In this document: positions 63,745 through 64,000 of the stretch, one piece after another
Position numbering within the stretch: position 1 is the first letter of the stretch
Layout: every line of letters begins with the position of its first letter
Source: Epiperipatus broadwayi
Taxonomy: Eukaryota; Animalia; Onychophora
Assembly (NCBI GenBank): GCA_028023455.1
Contig: JAQFVV010000011.1
Span: 186,001 to 250,000 of the forward strand
Direction: 5' to 3'
DNA: 64,000 nt
Translations under genes and position numbers: made by a program
The notes under the pieces: generated by a model
The model's input: only the letters and a program-made list of their open reading frames with translations
Told to the model about the DNA's origin: nothing
Database searches by the model: none

Positions 63745-64000
63745 AATTACTAACCGGTGTTGTCTATTTGTGTGTTATTACTAACAAGTTGTTTGTATTT
63801 GAAAAGTTTAAATAAAGTTTAAAATTTTCTATACATTCAACATTCACTCATAAATGATGGAAATAGTCCAACATATCACATCTTATAATATACCATCATT
63901 CTAAACTTCTGTTTTACTTTTGTCTCAATTCTAATTCCCAACTGTTTATATAATTTTTTATTTAACATAGTATCTAAATATTTATACTTCTCCAAATATC

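Larger units (their letters stand above)
63441..63906 (+). mobile_element. Family C element: tRNA-like head, hammerhead and AATAAA tail, with inverted tail copy
   Basis: 63445-63598 and 63727-63880 are near-perfect inverted arms. A 15-bp direct repeat TTCTGTTTTACTTTT flanks the unit at 63426-63440 and 63907-63921. Confidence 0.85.

Overview
This is AT-rich, CpG-depleted animal nuclear DNA (probably an arthropod; the species cannot be determined from sequence), and it is mostly non-coding. One protein-coding segment is clear: a DUSP12/YVH1-like dual-specificity phosphatase catalytic domain at 58997-59521 (+), probably a first exon. A possible cluster of small minus-strand exons lies at about 35.9-37.0 kb. 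The rest is dominated by repeats: decayed RTE-clade LINEs of several lineages, an old L1/Tx1-like relic, six tRNA-Gly-derived poly(A) SINEs with TSDs, one complete non-coding LTR element (43740-45374) and several foldback/MITE-like inverted repeats. The most interesting signal is a set of about 300-330 bp non-coding elements, about 15 insertions in four sequence families (called A, B1, B2, C here), each carrying a type I hammerhead ribozyme motif with a palindromic stem III. They repeatedly occur as tail-out inverted pairs, the architecture known for Penelope-like elements and retrozymes. Family C joins a tRNA-like Pol III head to a hammerhead and an AATAAA tail. Six hammerhead motifs from three families are nested in 41.37-43.55 kb. 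No single copy has a fully canonical core plus stems; the cores are reconstructed by comparing copies, many differences being CpG transitions. Everything was read by eye, and boundaries of decayed elements are approximate.
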